DNA of 64,000 nucleotides, taken from Marsupella aquatica. Taxonomy: Eukaryota > Plantae > Marchantiophyta. Location of the stretch: positions 13,160,359-13,224,358 of the forward strand of contig OZ316893.1 in the NCBI GenBank assembly GCA_973895155.1, written 5' to 3'. Below, one piece after another: positions 27,209-39,861 of this stretch. Positions within the stretch are counted from its first letter, which is position 1. Every line of letters begins with the position of its first letter. Made by a program: the position numbers and the translations under genes. Below the pieces are notes generated by a model, which worked only from the letters and a program-made list of their open reading frames with translations, was not told the DNA's origin and did no database searches.

Positions 27209-27612
27209 ATGGCAAAGGCAAATGCTGACTTTTTGGTTCGATTGTTGTGGGCATTGGGCTTTGGTGTATGGACCATCTTGGCAATTCTCAGTTACCTTTT
27301 CTTTGCCATCCATTGTATGCTGGAACGCGCGTGTGCTCTCTTCCCCTATCGAAATGACGATCTAGGCTGCCTGAGCAGGCTGGCTGTTTGTTGGCCACCT
27401 GAATCCAAGTCCCATATTACTTTGGGACCAGTAGATGGGGAGCGTGAAGCAGTTGACAATTCTGGAGCAGGGACTGTGCGAGCTGATGTTGAGCTCAAAT
27501 CTGAGGTTGGGGTAGGAAGACTGCAACCTGATGTTGGGCCATTGAAAGTCGATGTTGGCTCCACAACAAAAGGCGACAGTCATGTTCAGCTGGAATCTGA
27601 GGCTGGTGTAGT
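27209..27612 (+). other. MULE accessory ORF fragment with hydrophobic N-terminus, interrupted by the CACTA insertion
   Basis: ATG-initiated ORF MAKANADFLVRLLWALGFGVWTILAILSYLFFA... runs into the CACTA TIR; no recognised domain. Confidence 0.35.
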
Positions 27613-28467
27613 CACTAGAAGAATCCGAGATGAACTGAGACTGCAATATATGACTCATTTTGGCTCATGTGACTTCATTGTGACTCAATGTGACTTGACC
27701 CACGCTGTGACCCTTGGAGTTGCAAAAGTTGAGACCAAAAAATGGAAGTCACTATCGATACTGGGCTTTGCAACTTGCTTGATACCCATTTGTGACTGAT
27801 CTGTGACTTTATTGTGGAGTCTAGCCTTGTTTCGACGTGACTGCAATATGACTTCAGCGAGTCACATCGTAAGTCACATACATGACTTACCCGCATTCAA
27901 CAACGACTAGCGTGTGACTATTTAGTGTCACAGGAGAGACCAATGGAGACCCTGGCCCGCGTCACACAACAGAACCATTTGGGACTCTATATACTCATGT
28001 TTATAACTAATAAGGTTCACATGCAAGTTATAACCATGACTAATGAACACAGAGGGACAGTTCATAAGGAGAGAGAGCACTCGACATTACAATACATAGA
28101 AACCTAATGTTCTAACTTTAGAAATATAACACATTGAATACAAGAAATGAACATAGCATGAATGACATCCACATGAAACAAAGCATCATATAAGCAGATC
28201 CTACATAAAACATTCATAAGAATTAAACACAATCACAATCTTGCTAAAAAATGAAGATCATTTGAATTCCAATGGAATAGTTTACAATGTGATCAATGTA
28301 ATTTAGACAAAACAGGAACTCATAATTGATGACTGTAGGATGAGATAACTGAAAGCACATGCATGATACTATGAATCTCCAAGAGGACATGATTCTTGTA
28401 CTGCTTCTTGACATCTAAAATCTACATAACATGACTCACACTACAAACAAATAATGGCATGACATTG

Positions 28468-31400
28468 TTATGGATCCTCTATGAACTTGCTTGGCCATAA
28501 TACCAAAGAACCTGCAGCATCTCCAAGTGTCTTTTGAGGAGGATCATCATTTGTGTTTGGAATGGGAAGGACAGCTTTAGGTTTCACTAGTAATGTGACT
28601 AACACTACTGAATAACCTGGGGGAATCCTCTTGCCATGGAACGTTGTGGAACCAACCTGCACTCTGGCAAATCCTACTCGTGTTCCACTCTCATCAACAG
28701 CTAACAAGCCACTTTGTCCCTCAGCATTAGGTGCTTTCCCCACTTCCACCTTAGATCTTTTTGCCAGCACTGTTCTTGGAGGTTTGTATGAAACCTTTGA
28801 CGTGGCTCTGCTCCCACCAACAGACTTGTTTCGTGTGCGCATGCTTCCTCTCTTCACAATAGTGAAGCTAGGCTCAGTAGGTTCCTCTGTTAGGACTGTC
28901 ACAGTAGCAGGTTCATCACCTGGGAGTGTCATACCAACTAACTCTTTGGTTGGATTTATCTCAACAAGAGACACACCTGTCATTGAGAATGATACATTCT
29001 GCAAATCATTTATCTTTGCAATGGAGTCAAGATCTACATAGCATGAATCTGGCTCAATGGTATCATTGTCATGCTTGCTGATATCCTCATTTGCCCCAAC
29101 ATTGATATCATCCACTCCCTTGCCAATGTCATCCTCATCCAAACATGGTTGACTGCCCTTTGTCAAACAAGTTGCTTGTACAGACTGCAACTTTGTTGCC
29201 TCTAAATTACAGCGAGTATTTGCCAGGTTCTCATACTTCTTCTCTGTAGCACCTGTCTTATTCTCTATGGACACAACAACCACAATATATGTTACTGAAA
29301 ATAACACATTCAACAAACAATGTCAATTGAAACTATACATTTAATAATCATATCCCACACAGTTGTAAAGACCTTACCTTCAAGCCTACATGTCGTTGGC
29401 ATGCCAGAAGAGTGCATCGACTTTGCCACCTCAAGTGGTGATGGTGGAACTCCTGCAGAATTGGAATCAATTTTATCTCTCACCGACACAACAGCTTCCA
29501 TTAATGTCTTGAAGTTCACATGGAACAAGTCAGTCAATGAATTCAAACGTTCATTGATCTCTGGAAGACATGTTTCGACAGCCTTCAAACGACCACTTAT
29601 CTCTGTAAGTGAAGATCCACCTCCCTACATGACACAGGGGTATAGGTTCAATCACTCCATATGAAATGTTGGGCAATATATGCACAATCAATGTTATATA
29701 CAGTGTACACCTGAAATTCAACGCAGGTCATTCAATTACCAATCAGAACTCATATAACTTACATGCTTGGAGGATTCAGATGCACCCTCTTGAGCCCGGG
29801 TGTTCACAATTTCAGCCCTCAACTCTTCTTTTGAAGGGCTTTGCCCCAATTGGGCTTTCTGCACATGCATGGCAAACACAAGTTATCGATCAATATTCAA
29901 GGAACGTACACTAAAAAACAAAGTTTACATGTATGGGTTTACACTAAAAAATAGTACATAGTGTAGCATAAATTACATAGCTAGGCCATTCATTCTTACC
30001 AAACGTTTAGCTGTCGGTGCAGTGCCGGTCCTTCCTGTCAGATTAGGGTTCTGAACACTCAACCTGGCCTCGGTCATCTGTGAACTCTTCTTTTTTGAAG
30101 CATCTGTTACAAAATAAGCTACTAACCTTGCCCACACTTTATCATCACAACTGACTGGTGGAGGCATATCTGGCTTCTCCCCACCTTCCTTCCAAGCCTT
30201 ATGCATTCTCCACCTCTCTTGCTTGATAATTTTACCTGCTGTACTCTCTAGGCAACCTATGTCCACGCCATCATCACTGCCCACATAATTCCATTTGGCA
30301 GCAACATTTTCACATACAGACTTCCAATCTTTTGGATGCTGTTTTTTAAAATTAATAACACTCACATCTAACCAACGCAATACTTCAGCTTTCAAATCAG
30401 CATGCCATCGGTTCTTGCGAGGACACTCAGCATCCACCCATTGTCTCTCATTCAACTTTACGTTCCCTTTCTTTGTCACCTCCCCTCGTGCACTGCTCTC
30501 GGTAGTACTGGGCGTTGTATTGGCCACCCCTTCATTCACCCTACCTGGGGTTCTGAAGCCACCTGGGAAAATACAATGCCATTCATGCTTGAGAACTACA
30601 TATAGCAGAATGGATGACGGCAACATTCAATGCTTCACTTCAAGAAAAATTCTTCAAACATACATACCTGTAGCTCTGCCTGTAGATGCCTGTGCAGGGA
30701 CTGCACTCTGAAATTATTGCGACCCTGGACCACCTGTCCAGCCTAGTACAGGGGCCGGATGATGTCACTTTCTAGGTATGTGTGTGCAAACATATGTACT
30801 GAAAACTAAGTACAAACTGTAGGAAAACAACTGAACATTCACCGACATACCTGTCCCCCTTCCGTGCTGCATTTGCATAGGGGCATTAGTGAATACTTGA
30901 GTCGATGGTTCGACTGTCCAACCTGCACACATACATTTTCTATCATTATACATGTGCAGAGTCCCCCCCACGTGAATGGACTCCACATATAATGAGTTCT
31001 TCAATTGCTGACAAGATCAGACATTACCTGCTCCTCTTCCAACGTTTGTAGGTACTGAATTTTGATATCCCTGCCAATTACCTTCACCACCTTCCCAACC
31101 TTGTTCATTCCATGACCCACCACCATCCTCCCAACCTGGTTCAACCCATGTCTGTCCTTGTGGACATTGGAACTGATCATTACTAGCATTTGCCCAATCA
31201 GGTTGGACAGAACCTGCATGCAATGGCAGGTGGACAGAATTTCATGTTGTCTGAATCCAATACATCCCAAACAATGTCAAAAATTGATATGCAGTCTGAA
31301 ATTCAGGAGTGCCATGCCTTCACAAAGAACTGGCATATAGATATATACTCACATCCCCATGGTTGAGGTGGACGTCCATACCCACGAGATTGTGGGTTTG

Positions 31401-32174
31401 GACCTGCTCTGCCTCTACCACGGGCATAACCTAGAGCTTGCCCCCTGCCATAGTATTGGGCACCAGCCTGGGATCTACCACTACTACCACCTTGCCAACC
31501 TTGATCAGAGGTCAGCCCCCCCTGCTGGTATGGTGCATGCACAGGCTTCGAAGGCAAAACAGAACTGGTAGGACGCTGCATCACATCACCAACTACAATG
31601 TCAGGAACTAAGCAAGGTACATATGTGTAGTACTGAACATATGCAACCTCTAAACAAGAGTTTTTAACTCAAAACCTTGTTGGGAAAACTACTTACATGT
31701 TTCTTTTGGGGCTGCTCTGCAATGTATTCATCTTCATAACCCCCATCCTCATCCATTTCCTCTGGAAAATACTCATCATCTGCATCTTCTTGTCTAGTGT
31801 TTGCACCCACCTGTGCAGCATCAATGTCATCTCCACATTCTGCCATTGTAGGTACGACCTTCTTGCTCAACCTGTCACTCCGACGCACAGGCCCAGAGAT
31901 AGTGCTGGTCACCCTTCTTGCGTACTCCTTTTGTTTCTTTGAAAATGCTGTGGCTCTGCGACATTCCAATATGAGAATACAGTCACAATTTCAGTGCCAC
32001 ATTGAACTATTCATGTCACACAAACTCAGCGGAGGGGTGTAGTTGAGAATCGTTCCCTTACAATTCAGCCACATCCTTTTCCAGATCCAGTTCTGCGATT
32101 TTGGCTTTCACGTATGCTCGTTGTTCCATAGCTTTCCTTTCATACTCACACATCTCTGTGTCACTCTGTTCCAT
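28468..32174 (-). CDS. CACTA TnpA-like (ORF2) protein, multi-exon, with Transposase_24-like and Tnp1/DUF8039-like regions
   Basis: N-terminal CEYERKAMEQRAYVKAKIAEL; middle WARLVAYFVTDASKKKSSQMTEAR..GRTG (29973-30626); C-terminal FHGKRIPPGYSVVLV...LPIP..TLGDAAGSLVLWP (28468-29316). Internal exon boundaries not fully resolved. Confidence 0.75.
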
Positions 32175-32330
32175 CCTACTGGACCACAAAAACATGTCAT
32201 CTATGGTCACCCCGTATAACACAATGCAACCACAATCACCAGGCATCCATCCATACATCTGTGTTGCTTCAGAATTACTTTATTACACATCCTTCCCCTC
32301 ACTAATGTCCATGCAAACAATTCACATTAC

Positions 32331-35300
32331 TCATGGCACAGGCACACTGTGGGCATCTGCATCTCTGAATTCGCCTCCTTCAGCAAATGCATCTACCCTT
32401 GTCACAGGAATGAAGTCCCCGCTATCATGAACTACAGGGACTTGGTCTGAACGCCGACGATCAAAGGCACTATGAGAGTGTAAATGAAACTCAAGGTTTG
32501 ATCCTTCCATCCGACGTTGCCTGGCCTGTTTATGACACACTACACGCCAACCTGGGGAGTCTTCCACATCCAGGAAGAAAGCTTGCTCCACCTGACTAGG
32601 AAACACAAATGGCTCAGACCATTCGGGCAATTTCCCTCTGAAATTGGCCAGCAAGAAACCGTCGTTGTCTCTCTTCATGGTAGCCCTGTTACCAAGCCAA
32701 TCCTGCCGCACCCATGAATCTTTCATAAGAATCACAGGACTGGACACCGCCCCATAGTCCAGAGCCCATATGTCAACTAATTCTCCCACATATCCCATCT
32801 CCATCCAGGCCCTGTCGTGATTGTGGCTCTGTTGCTCAAATACAGTGATGAGCCCGCAGTCATTCGTCACCCTGTAGGCACTGTCACCATCCTTCACTCG
32901 GAAGTGATTCCCATATGCTCTCATCCGTTTGTAAGTCTTCACTTTCAGGCTAGGCGCATTAGACAGTAGGTAAACATCTGCATCCATGTCTGGGTGGGTC
33001 TCGTGATGCTCTCTAATTGCCACTCTGATCCACTCCATGAAACCTGGAAAAGTTGTTCCTGTAGTGGGATGGGCCGCCTTCAATGACTCATACTCCCTGA
33101 ACGAACAACCACACAGCATTAGCTTGGGTAAACATGAACAGGCTGAAGGAGAAAACCACACGAACACAACATTTAAGTTCATGAACTGGATTATAGCACA
33201 TGTATGCACTCACTGTATCCAGGGTTCCATCACCACAGTGTTGTGCAATACAAAGTCATGTGCCAAGTCTCTCATAGATATGGTCAGGTTCTTTGTGGTT
33301 GCAGCCCCTTCCAGTACTTCACCTATCACCCCTTCCTCCTCATCAGAATTCCACACCCTGGTCTTCACATGCTCATATTGTGCTATGTATTCGGTCAGAA
33401 ATCCCAGAGTCTCATCCTTGATGTAACCTTTAGCCATGCTTGCTTCAGGTTTGTAATATGTTCTCACGTGACCTTTGAGTAGCTTCATGTACCGTTCCAA
33501 AGGGTACAACCAACGAGCACTCACAGGCCCAAATTGGTGTAGCTCTTCCACAACATGGACAAGTAGGTGGGTCATGACATCAAAAAATGCGGGAGGAAAA
33601 TAAATCTCCAGGTCACACAGCACCTGAGCGACATCTTCTGTCAGTTGTGGGAAGTGTGTTTCATCCCAAACCTTCACACAAATACGACGAAACACATCAC
33701 TGAGTCGCATGATCACAGTACGAACAGGCTTCTGCAACAGGCCCCTCAGGCATAAAGGCAACACCTGTTGCATCAACATATGGTAGTCATGGCTTTTCAT
33801 ACTACCAAGCTTTCTAGTCATGATATGCTTCTTGAAAGCACTGCCATAGTTTGAAGGAACCTTCAAAGAACTCAACCTCTGCACAAATAGTTCCCACTCT
33901 GTGTCTGTCAGAACATAGGGCGCTTGGTACTTCAAGAGCACATCAGCTCTGTGGGCATGTGGCCTCAACCAAAGATGGGGTTTCATTCCCCTCTGTTCAA
34001 GATCCAATCTCACTGAACCAGTGTCTTTCTCTCCACACAAGAATCTGAGTAGACTCTCACAAATATTCTTTTCAATGTGCATAACATCAATGTTATGTTT
34101 GCTTGGCTCAAACTCCTGCATCGTTGCAATGCAAAAGCATCAGGAAATGCCTCAAGTTTAGTCTCTCTCTTCGAAATGAATGCACATGCTCTGAACCAAA
34201 ACATGTATCCCAATTAGCATCAACTCCAAGAGGCTTACCCTCCAGTACTTGAGCTCCAAGTCCAATATGCTCAGTCTTTTTACACCATATCGCTTTATTG
34301 GATCACTCACTCCATCTTCCCTGCCCCCTCGTTTGATATAGTCATCCCTCAGTGCTCCCCACTACCTGATCTCCTCTTTGGTCACTCGTGCCGGGGGTCC
34401 ACGTTGCTCAATCTCATTGCCAAAGTGTGCAATCAGTGCCTGTCTTTCTCTGTAAGGGTGATCTGCCTTCAAAAAACGACGATGGCCCATGTATATCACT
34501 TTCTGCAGGGCTCTGGAGTACTCACTGGTGACATTGCGCCCACAGATAGTACAAGCACAATATCCTTTTGTTGTTTGGCCTGATATCATCCCATGGGCTG
34601 GGTAGTCAGCTATAGTCAGAATGACAATGGCTCTAAGGATGAATGGGTTTAACCTCCCAAGCCTCTGTAGGACATCATATGTGAGAACTCCTTCCTCCCA
34701 AAGCTTTCTCAATTCCTCCACTAGGGGAGCCAGAAACACATCTATGTTGGCAGATACAGCACTGTCTGGCCCTGGTATCAGTAGGACCATCAGAACAAAA
34801 AATCGCTTTGTAGTCATCCAAGGAGGAAGGTTATAATTCAAAATAGTTACAGGCCAGCACGAAAATTTGTTGTTCTTGTCTCCAAATGGGTTTACCCCAT
34901 CCAATGACAGCCCAAGTCTGACATTCCTCGGCTCAGCAGCAAATTCGGGATACATCTCATCTATGAGTTTCCATTGCCTTGAATCTGCAGCATGTCGTTG
35001 TAGCCCATCATCACTTTTCTTGTCAGTTGCCCAAGTCATCATCTCCGAGATGGCACGGCTTCTGAACATCCGCTGAAGTCTGGGAATGAGTGGAAAATGA
35101 CGAAGTACCTTGGCAGGAACCATAGACTTTCCTGAGTTCCGATACCTGTGCTTCCCACACTTAGGGCATGTCAACGATTCTTTATACTCCTTTCTGAAAA
35201 GAACATGCCCATCAGGACAGGCATGGATCGAATCATAGTTCAATCCAAGATTAGATATGCATCTTTTTGCCTCGTACATGTTCTTGGGCAAAATATTACC

Positions 35301-36062
35301 ATCTGGTAGCACAGTTGTTCGCAAGAATGCCAACAACTCAGAAACCAAAACGTTGGGGACATTGTGGTTGCCGCAAATGTTCAGGAACATGATGACAAAT
35401 CCCAGTTTAGAACATTTGCTACCGGGGTACAAAGACTTCCTGCCTTCCTGTATTTGCAGGGGAGAGCCAAACATCCCATCATGCCCAGGGGTTTCCTGCC
35501 CTATCTCAAACTCATCAAGAGGCTCTTCGACAGGGGGCACACTTGCATCTGCAGCCGTATCCTCTTCGTTGTCCAGCCCATCATGAAATGCATCCAAGTC
35601 TTGGAAGATGTCTCTCACCATCTCTTCCACATGAATTCCTTCGTCACGTGGTGCTGCCTGAGCACCATCCCGTTGGAGAGCTGACAACCCACAGAGACCA
35701 GCTACAACATTTTCAAATGCACCAGGCAGAACCTCACTTGCCCGTCTTGCAGCATTGGCAGCATCAAATTCTAACCTCCACTCCTCGTCGGAAGAATCTT
35801 CCTCTGCAGGATCATTCCAAACTCGATGTCGTGGATCTCTTCCATGAACCGCGATATGCCGCCAAACCTCATTCAGACCCCTGGTACGGGATCCTTGGCA
35901 GATTGCACAAGGACATCTCATCCTACTGGCTCCTGAAAGTCTGGTTCGTAACCTTTCACGCTGCCAAAGCTTATTATCATGGCGTGATATCCTTGTGGGA
36001 TGATGCAAAGGCAGTGCCTGTGCCCTGGGCTGGGTCTGGGGAGGGTGGTGATCAGGGTGCAT
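32331..36062 (-). pseudogene. CACTA TnpD-like transposase (transposase-associated domain, Tnp2/Transposase_21, DUF4218, DUF4216) with one in-frame stop
   Basis: IHACPDGH..CPKCG, HFPLIPRLQRMF, FAAEPRNVRLGLSLDGVNPF, YNLPPW, DVMHIEKN, KSHDYH, FPPAFFDVMTHL, RWLYPLERY, EPFVFPSQVEQAFF. A TAG at 34362-34364 interrupts coding that continues as WGALRDD...KRLSILDLELKYW before a GTAAG donor. Confidence 0.92.
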
Positions 36063-36495
36063 TGTAACAGGCTGGGAGCTCTGCAGTCATGGATAGCAGT
36101 GAACAAGGATGCCTAATGGTGGTATTTGTGTTCCATATATCCCTGACTGTATCTGCCAAAAGAGTTAACATAACGTGTACTAAATTCTCACAAACCCTAA
36201 ACCACCCCAAAAGAAAAAAACAGGTTCGCAAGTAGTGTACCTATTGTCAAGTGAATGACACAAAATTCCTAAATGTTGGAGGGTGTCACCACCTCCTCCG
36301 CTGTCCTCAAATGTACCGCCTCTGCATGTACGTTTACAGTGACACCCCCAGGCAGCAGGAAACAACAATCCGCCAACAGTAAAATAAGCCCAACTGCCAC
36401 CAACCATAACAAGGTACATTAGTTCAAAGATCACATTTATTTCAATGATCTGATTTATACAAAAAAACTTGTGTCCAAACTGATGCTACTACTCC

Positions 36496-37374
36496 TCACT
36501 CTGATTCAGAATCGCTAATGACCCATTCCTCACTTGTTGTCTCATAGTCCTCTCTATAAGGATCCTGACCCTTCCGTGGCCAGGCCTCAAAAAGATCATA
36601 GTCCATTGGGTTTTGACGCTTCCCAGCTGCTACTGATTCCACAAGCCAAGCATATGAAACCACAAACACATTATGGGACATGACATAAAAGCGAATGTCT
36701 CCCTTCCCAAACTTGCGGCAGGCTTTGGGATATGACTTAGTAATGACATGAGTGGTGTCCTCTATTATATTCTCCTCCACTGTCCCACCTAGGTCAAGCA
36801 CTGTGGACTTGTACACTTTGCACTTAACCTCTCCAATTCCCGCCTCCACAAATACCATGCTCAGCCCTTTCAGAATGGGGGTTGGTTGCTTCGTCTCCTC
36901 AGCCAACATACTCTTCAGCCTTGTAGAGCTCTGTCCTTTGTTGAGTACAGGTCCATATTGGAGATCAGCAAACCGTGCCTTTGCTTCCCAGACTTCTTGT
37001 TCAGCCCAAGCTGATGCAGTAGCTTCTTCATCCTCCCACAACTCATATTGCTCAGTATCCTGTACAATCTTATGTGCTATGGAATCTGTGATCCAAGAGG
37101 CCTCAACTACTTTTAGGCCTTGCTTAGTAATTGCAGAATTCATGTAGGACCATGACCACTTCTTTATCACTGATAGCCATGTCCCTGCAACAACATGTGT
37201 AGTCTCTGGAGTGATGTCCTGAACTATAGTGCCATGGAGCTCAGAGAATCGTTTCTGTACAGTTGGCCAATGCACTTTGGTCAACCCATGCTGGCCATGG
37301 ACCAAAATCGCTCTGACCCCTGTAAACATTGCTGGGTGGTCACACTTTCTACGTTTACCAGGCTCCATGTACAC
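36496..37374 (-). CDS. Tandem BRCT-domain protein, about 290 aa (CACTA cargo)
   Basis: Two BRCT signatures: ITPETTHVVA...VVEASWITDSI and LGGTVEENIIEDTTHVIT...VVSYAWLVESVAAG. Uninterrupted ORF. Confidence 0.85.
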   Translation of the reverse strand: MYMEPGKRRKCDHPAMFTGVRAILVHGQHGLTKVHWPTVQKRFSELHGTIVQDITPETTHVVAGTWLSVIKKWSWSYMNSAITKQGLKVVEASWITDSIAHKIVQDTEQYELWEDEEATASAWAEQEVWEAKARFADLQYGPVLNKGQSSTRLKSMLAEETKQPTPILKGLSMVFVEAGIGEVKCKVYKSTVLDLGGTVEENIIEDTTHVITKSYPKACRKFGKGDIRFYVMSHNVFVVSYAWLVESVAAGKRQNPMDYDLFEAWPRKGQDPYREDYETTSEEWVISDSESE

Positions 37375-37960
37375 ACACCCTACGTGATGACAGTGAATTT
37401 TGGAAGAATGGGTTCACCTGACAATACAAGGACAACAAAATTCCTGCTTTTTGAGTTGATCTGGCCCACTGGTGCTCAGGTCCGATTTTGATAGGTACAA
37501 GGGATATGTGAACAATACGTACTAGGCACCTGCACGGATGCAGGACATTGTTTGAATATATACTACAAAATCCATATCCGTGGTGAAATGAAGTGCAACC
37601 AACTTGTCATGGCACATACATATTTTGTTGTAAAGGAGGATACATTCAATGACAAACTTATAGGGCAATTTGATTAATTGCATGCCTGATAATTTATACG
37701 CTTACAACTTAGAAGTCCTGTTTTAATTTAGCAGTCTGATGAAAGTGTTTATGAAAATGACCACTCAGCCTAAATACTTCCAAGAAGGCTTGTAAGGATA
37801 AGTTTGTATAGGCATGTACCCAGCCACTAACGCCAGAGCACAAGATAAGTGCTGCCTATATAAACTCGCCTACCCAACTCCTTTTCAAAATTGGAATCTC
37901 TGCAATCTCAAAAAATAGTACATCCACATCAGGTGCACTGTGCATGTACAATGTTTAGCT

Positions 37961-38641
37961 TCACAGCCAAGATATGTGATCTCTCACAGGAGTGCGCGAG
38001 GTAGGATCAATGGCATGGCGATGACAATAAAATATCCATCGATCAACACCATGTGCAGAGTGATCATAGATTTCTCTGTCACAAGCATAACCCTCTGCTT
38101 GATGATCTTTCAGGCAATGATAGTGCCACATAGTGGGACACCTAGCATAGTGGACTATGTCAGTCCAGTAGTCATCATCATGCTCACCACATGCCTTGCA
38201 CCTATGAAGTGGGCAAGCTGTGGCATGAGCAGGCAAACACTCAAAACAGAAAAATCTCACACAAAAATGGTCTGGACATTTCCTAACATTTGTTGTAGCA
38301 TCAACAGAGCCCTCATAGGACCCCAACTTCCCACACTGTGCACACTTAGCCTGCTTCTCCAAACAATCAGTGCACATCCAGTCTCCCTGGTGTGTTGACG
38401 GGAGGCCCACCCCTGGACAGTTGTTTTCTACAGCAAGGTCAGACTCCGGGTTGAGGTGGAAATGCCTCATGCAAGGGCCCTCACAAATGACCAGGCCCCC
38501 ACCATCGTCACAAATGGCACAACAATGAGCTGCCTTCTGGAAAATCTGACTTGCAGAGAAGTTAGTAGCATCTGCCCCAAGTACACCTGTGTTTCTCACC
38601 TCTGTCACACGCTTTTTGGCTTGAATTTTAGGCCGTATCAT
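37961..38641 (-). CDS. EDM2-like PHD finger cluster protein (CACTA cargo)
   Basis: CAICDDGGGLVICEGPCMRHFH...CAQCGKLGS...CPLHRCKAC...RCPTMWHYHCL...FYCHRHAIDPTSRTPVRDHI. A CAG splice acceptor lies just upstream, so this may be a spliced exon. Confidence 0.82.
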   Translation of the reverse strand: MIRPKIQAKKRVTEVRNTGVLGADATNFSASQIFQKAAHCCAICDDGGGLVICEGPCMRHFHLNPESDLAVENNCPGVGLPSTHQGDWMCTDCLEKQAKCAQCGKLGSYEGSVDATTNVRKCPDHFCVRFFCFECLPAHATACPLHRCKACGEHDDDYWTDIVHYARCPTMWHYHCLKDHQAEGYACDREIYDHSAHGVDRWIFYCHRHAIDPTSRTPVRDHISWL

Positions 38642-38652
38642 GCCTGCGCATG

Positions 38653-38796
38653 AGATAGACTCTACAATTTAGCAGACTGCACAGAAAGTAAAATATATTT
38701 AGCATTTAAGTTACAAAGGCATTTAGATAGACTCTACAATTTAGCAGACTGCACAGAAAGTAAAATATATTTAGCATTTAAGGTACAAAGGCATTT
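38653..38796. repeat. 72-bp direct duplication
   Basis: AGATAGACTCTACAATTTAGCAGACTGC...AAAGGCATTT at 38653 and 38725. Confidence 0.9.
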
Positions 38797-39411
38797 GCTA
38801 CTGCAATGAATTGGAATGGCCACACAAGGATGCAGAGCACACATACTTTTGGTATGTTGAGCCCACACACAAAACTGATCCCCTAATACAATTTCTCCAC
38901 CAACACCTCAATTTTAATTGTGGCTATGATTCACCAAAGGAGATCTGCAACAACATTTCATGCATTTGAATCACATACAATAGTCGTGACATGTAAAACA
39001 GGCATTCTTCGAAGAGGATTGGTATGAAGCAGTGTCATAAGGGTTGAAATTTATACATCCTAAATAGGTTATGATAGTGGCTGAGACAAATAAGTGAGGC
39101 ATAAATCATTTTGCATATTATCACATGGCCCATTAATTCATTCAACGTTGCAATGTTCACCAGGTTAAAGCAGTCATGAAAGCAGTCTTTCAATAGAGAC
39201 TTTTATGCGAGTTTGCTAGCCTCTTAAATTAGGATATTTTGCTTAGTGCAGGCATAATAGGATATAAGTTATGTACTGTTGACCCTAAACCCTGGACCCA
39301 AAATTGCTCATACATCAAAATTTTAAGTAAATATCCTCTGTGTTGAAGTCAGAGTGTTAAGCTATAGGTCAATGGTATCTGGTCTGTGCATGCGGTGTGA
39401 CAAGTGGTCCT

Positions 39412-39861
39412 CTAGAGCATGTGATCCAAACATGTGTAGACACCAAAGTCACCGGTGGTGGGGTCTGGGAGGGCAGGACAAGTGACATCACCAGGCACAC
39501 TGCAGGATGGCGAGTGGTTCCAGATGATACATTGTGCTCTGTGCAAAAATCGGCATCCAAGAGAACGGTCATCCAATTCTGGGCCAGAAGCCCTACAGGC
39601 AGGACAGTCATATTGGCAACTGTGTACACACCCTTGGCACCTAATTTGTGGCGGGTCATGTACAAGAGACACAAATACCAAGGATGTCGGGAAGGGTACT
39701 GAAGCAGGTAGAGGCCGGCTGTAGTTGTTCTTGGAAACAACAGGGTACTCAAAGTACCATGCAGACTGGGCTGGAAGGATCCCAAGTCTGACATACTCAA
39801 GGCGCAACATAGCTGCCTTGCGTGCAAGTCGCACATGTTCAGCGTTGCGGGTCCTCACCAT
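39412..39861 (-). CDS. Hypothetical Cys/His-rich 149-aa protein (CACTA cargo)
   Basis: ATG ORF MVRTRN... with CxxC..C...CxxC pattern; same strand as the neighbouring cargo genes; family not recognised. Confidence 0.45.
   Translation of the reverse strand: MVRTRNAEHVRLARKAAMLRLEYVRLGILPAQSAWYFEYPVVSKNNYSRPLPASVPFPTSLVFVSLVHDPPQIRCQGCVHSCQYDCPACRASGPELDDRSLGCRFLHRAQCIIWNHSPSCSVPGDVTCPALPDPTTGDFGVYTCLDHML

Noticed and set aside
28439-28450. CACTACAAAC as an alternative CACTA terminus
   Set aside because: No matching inverted end or TSD was found; the 27613/44578 pair has both.
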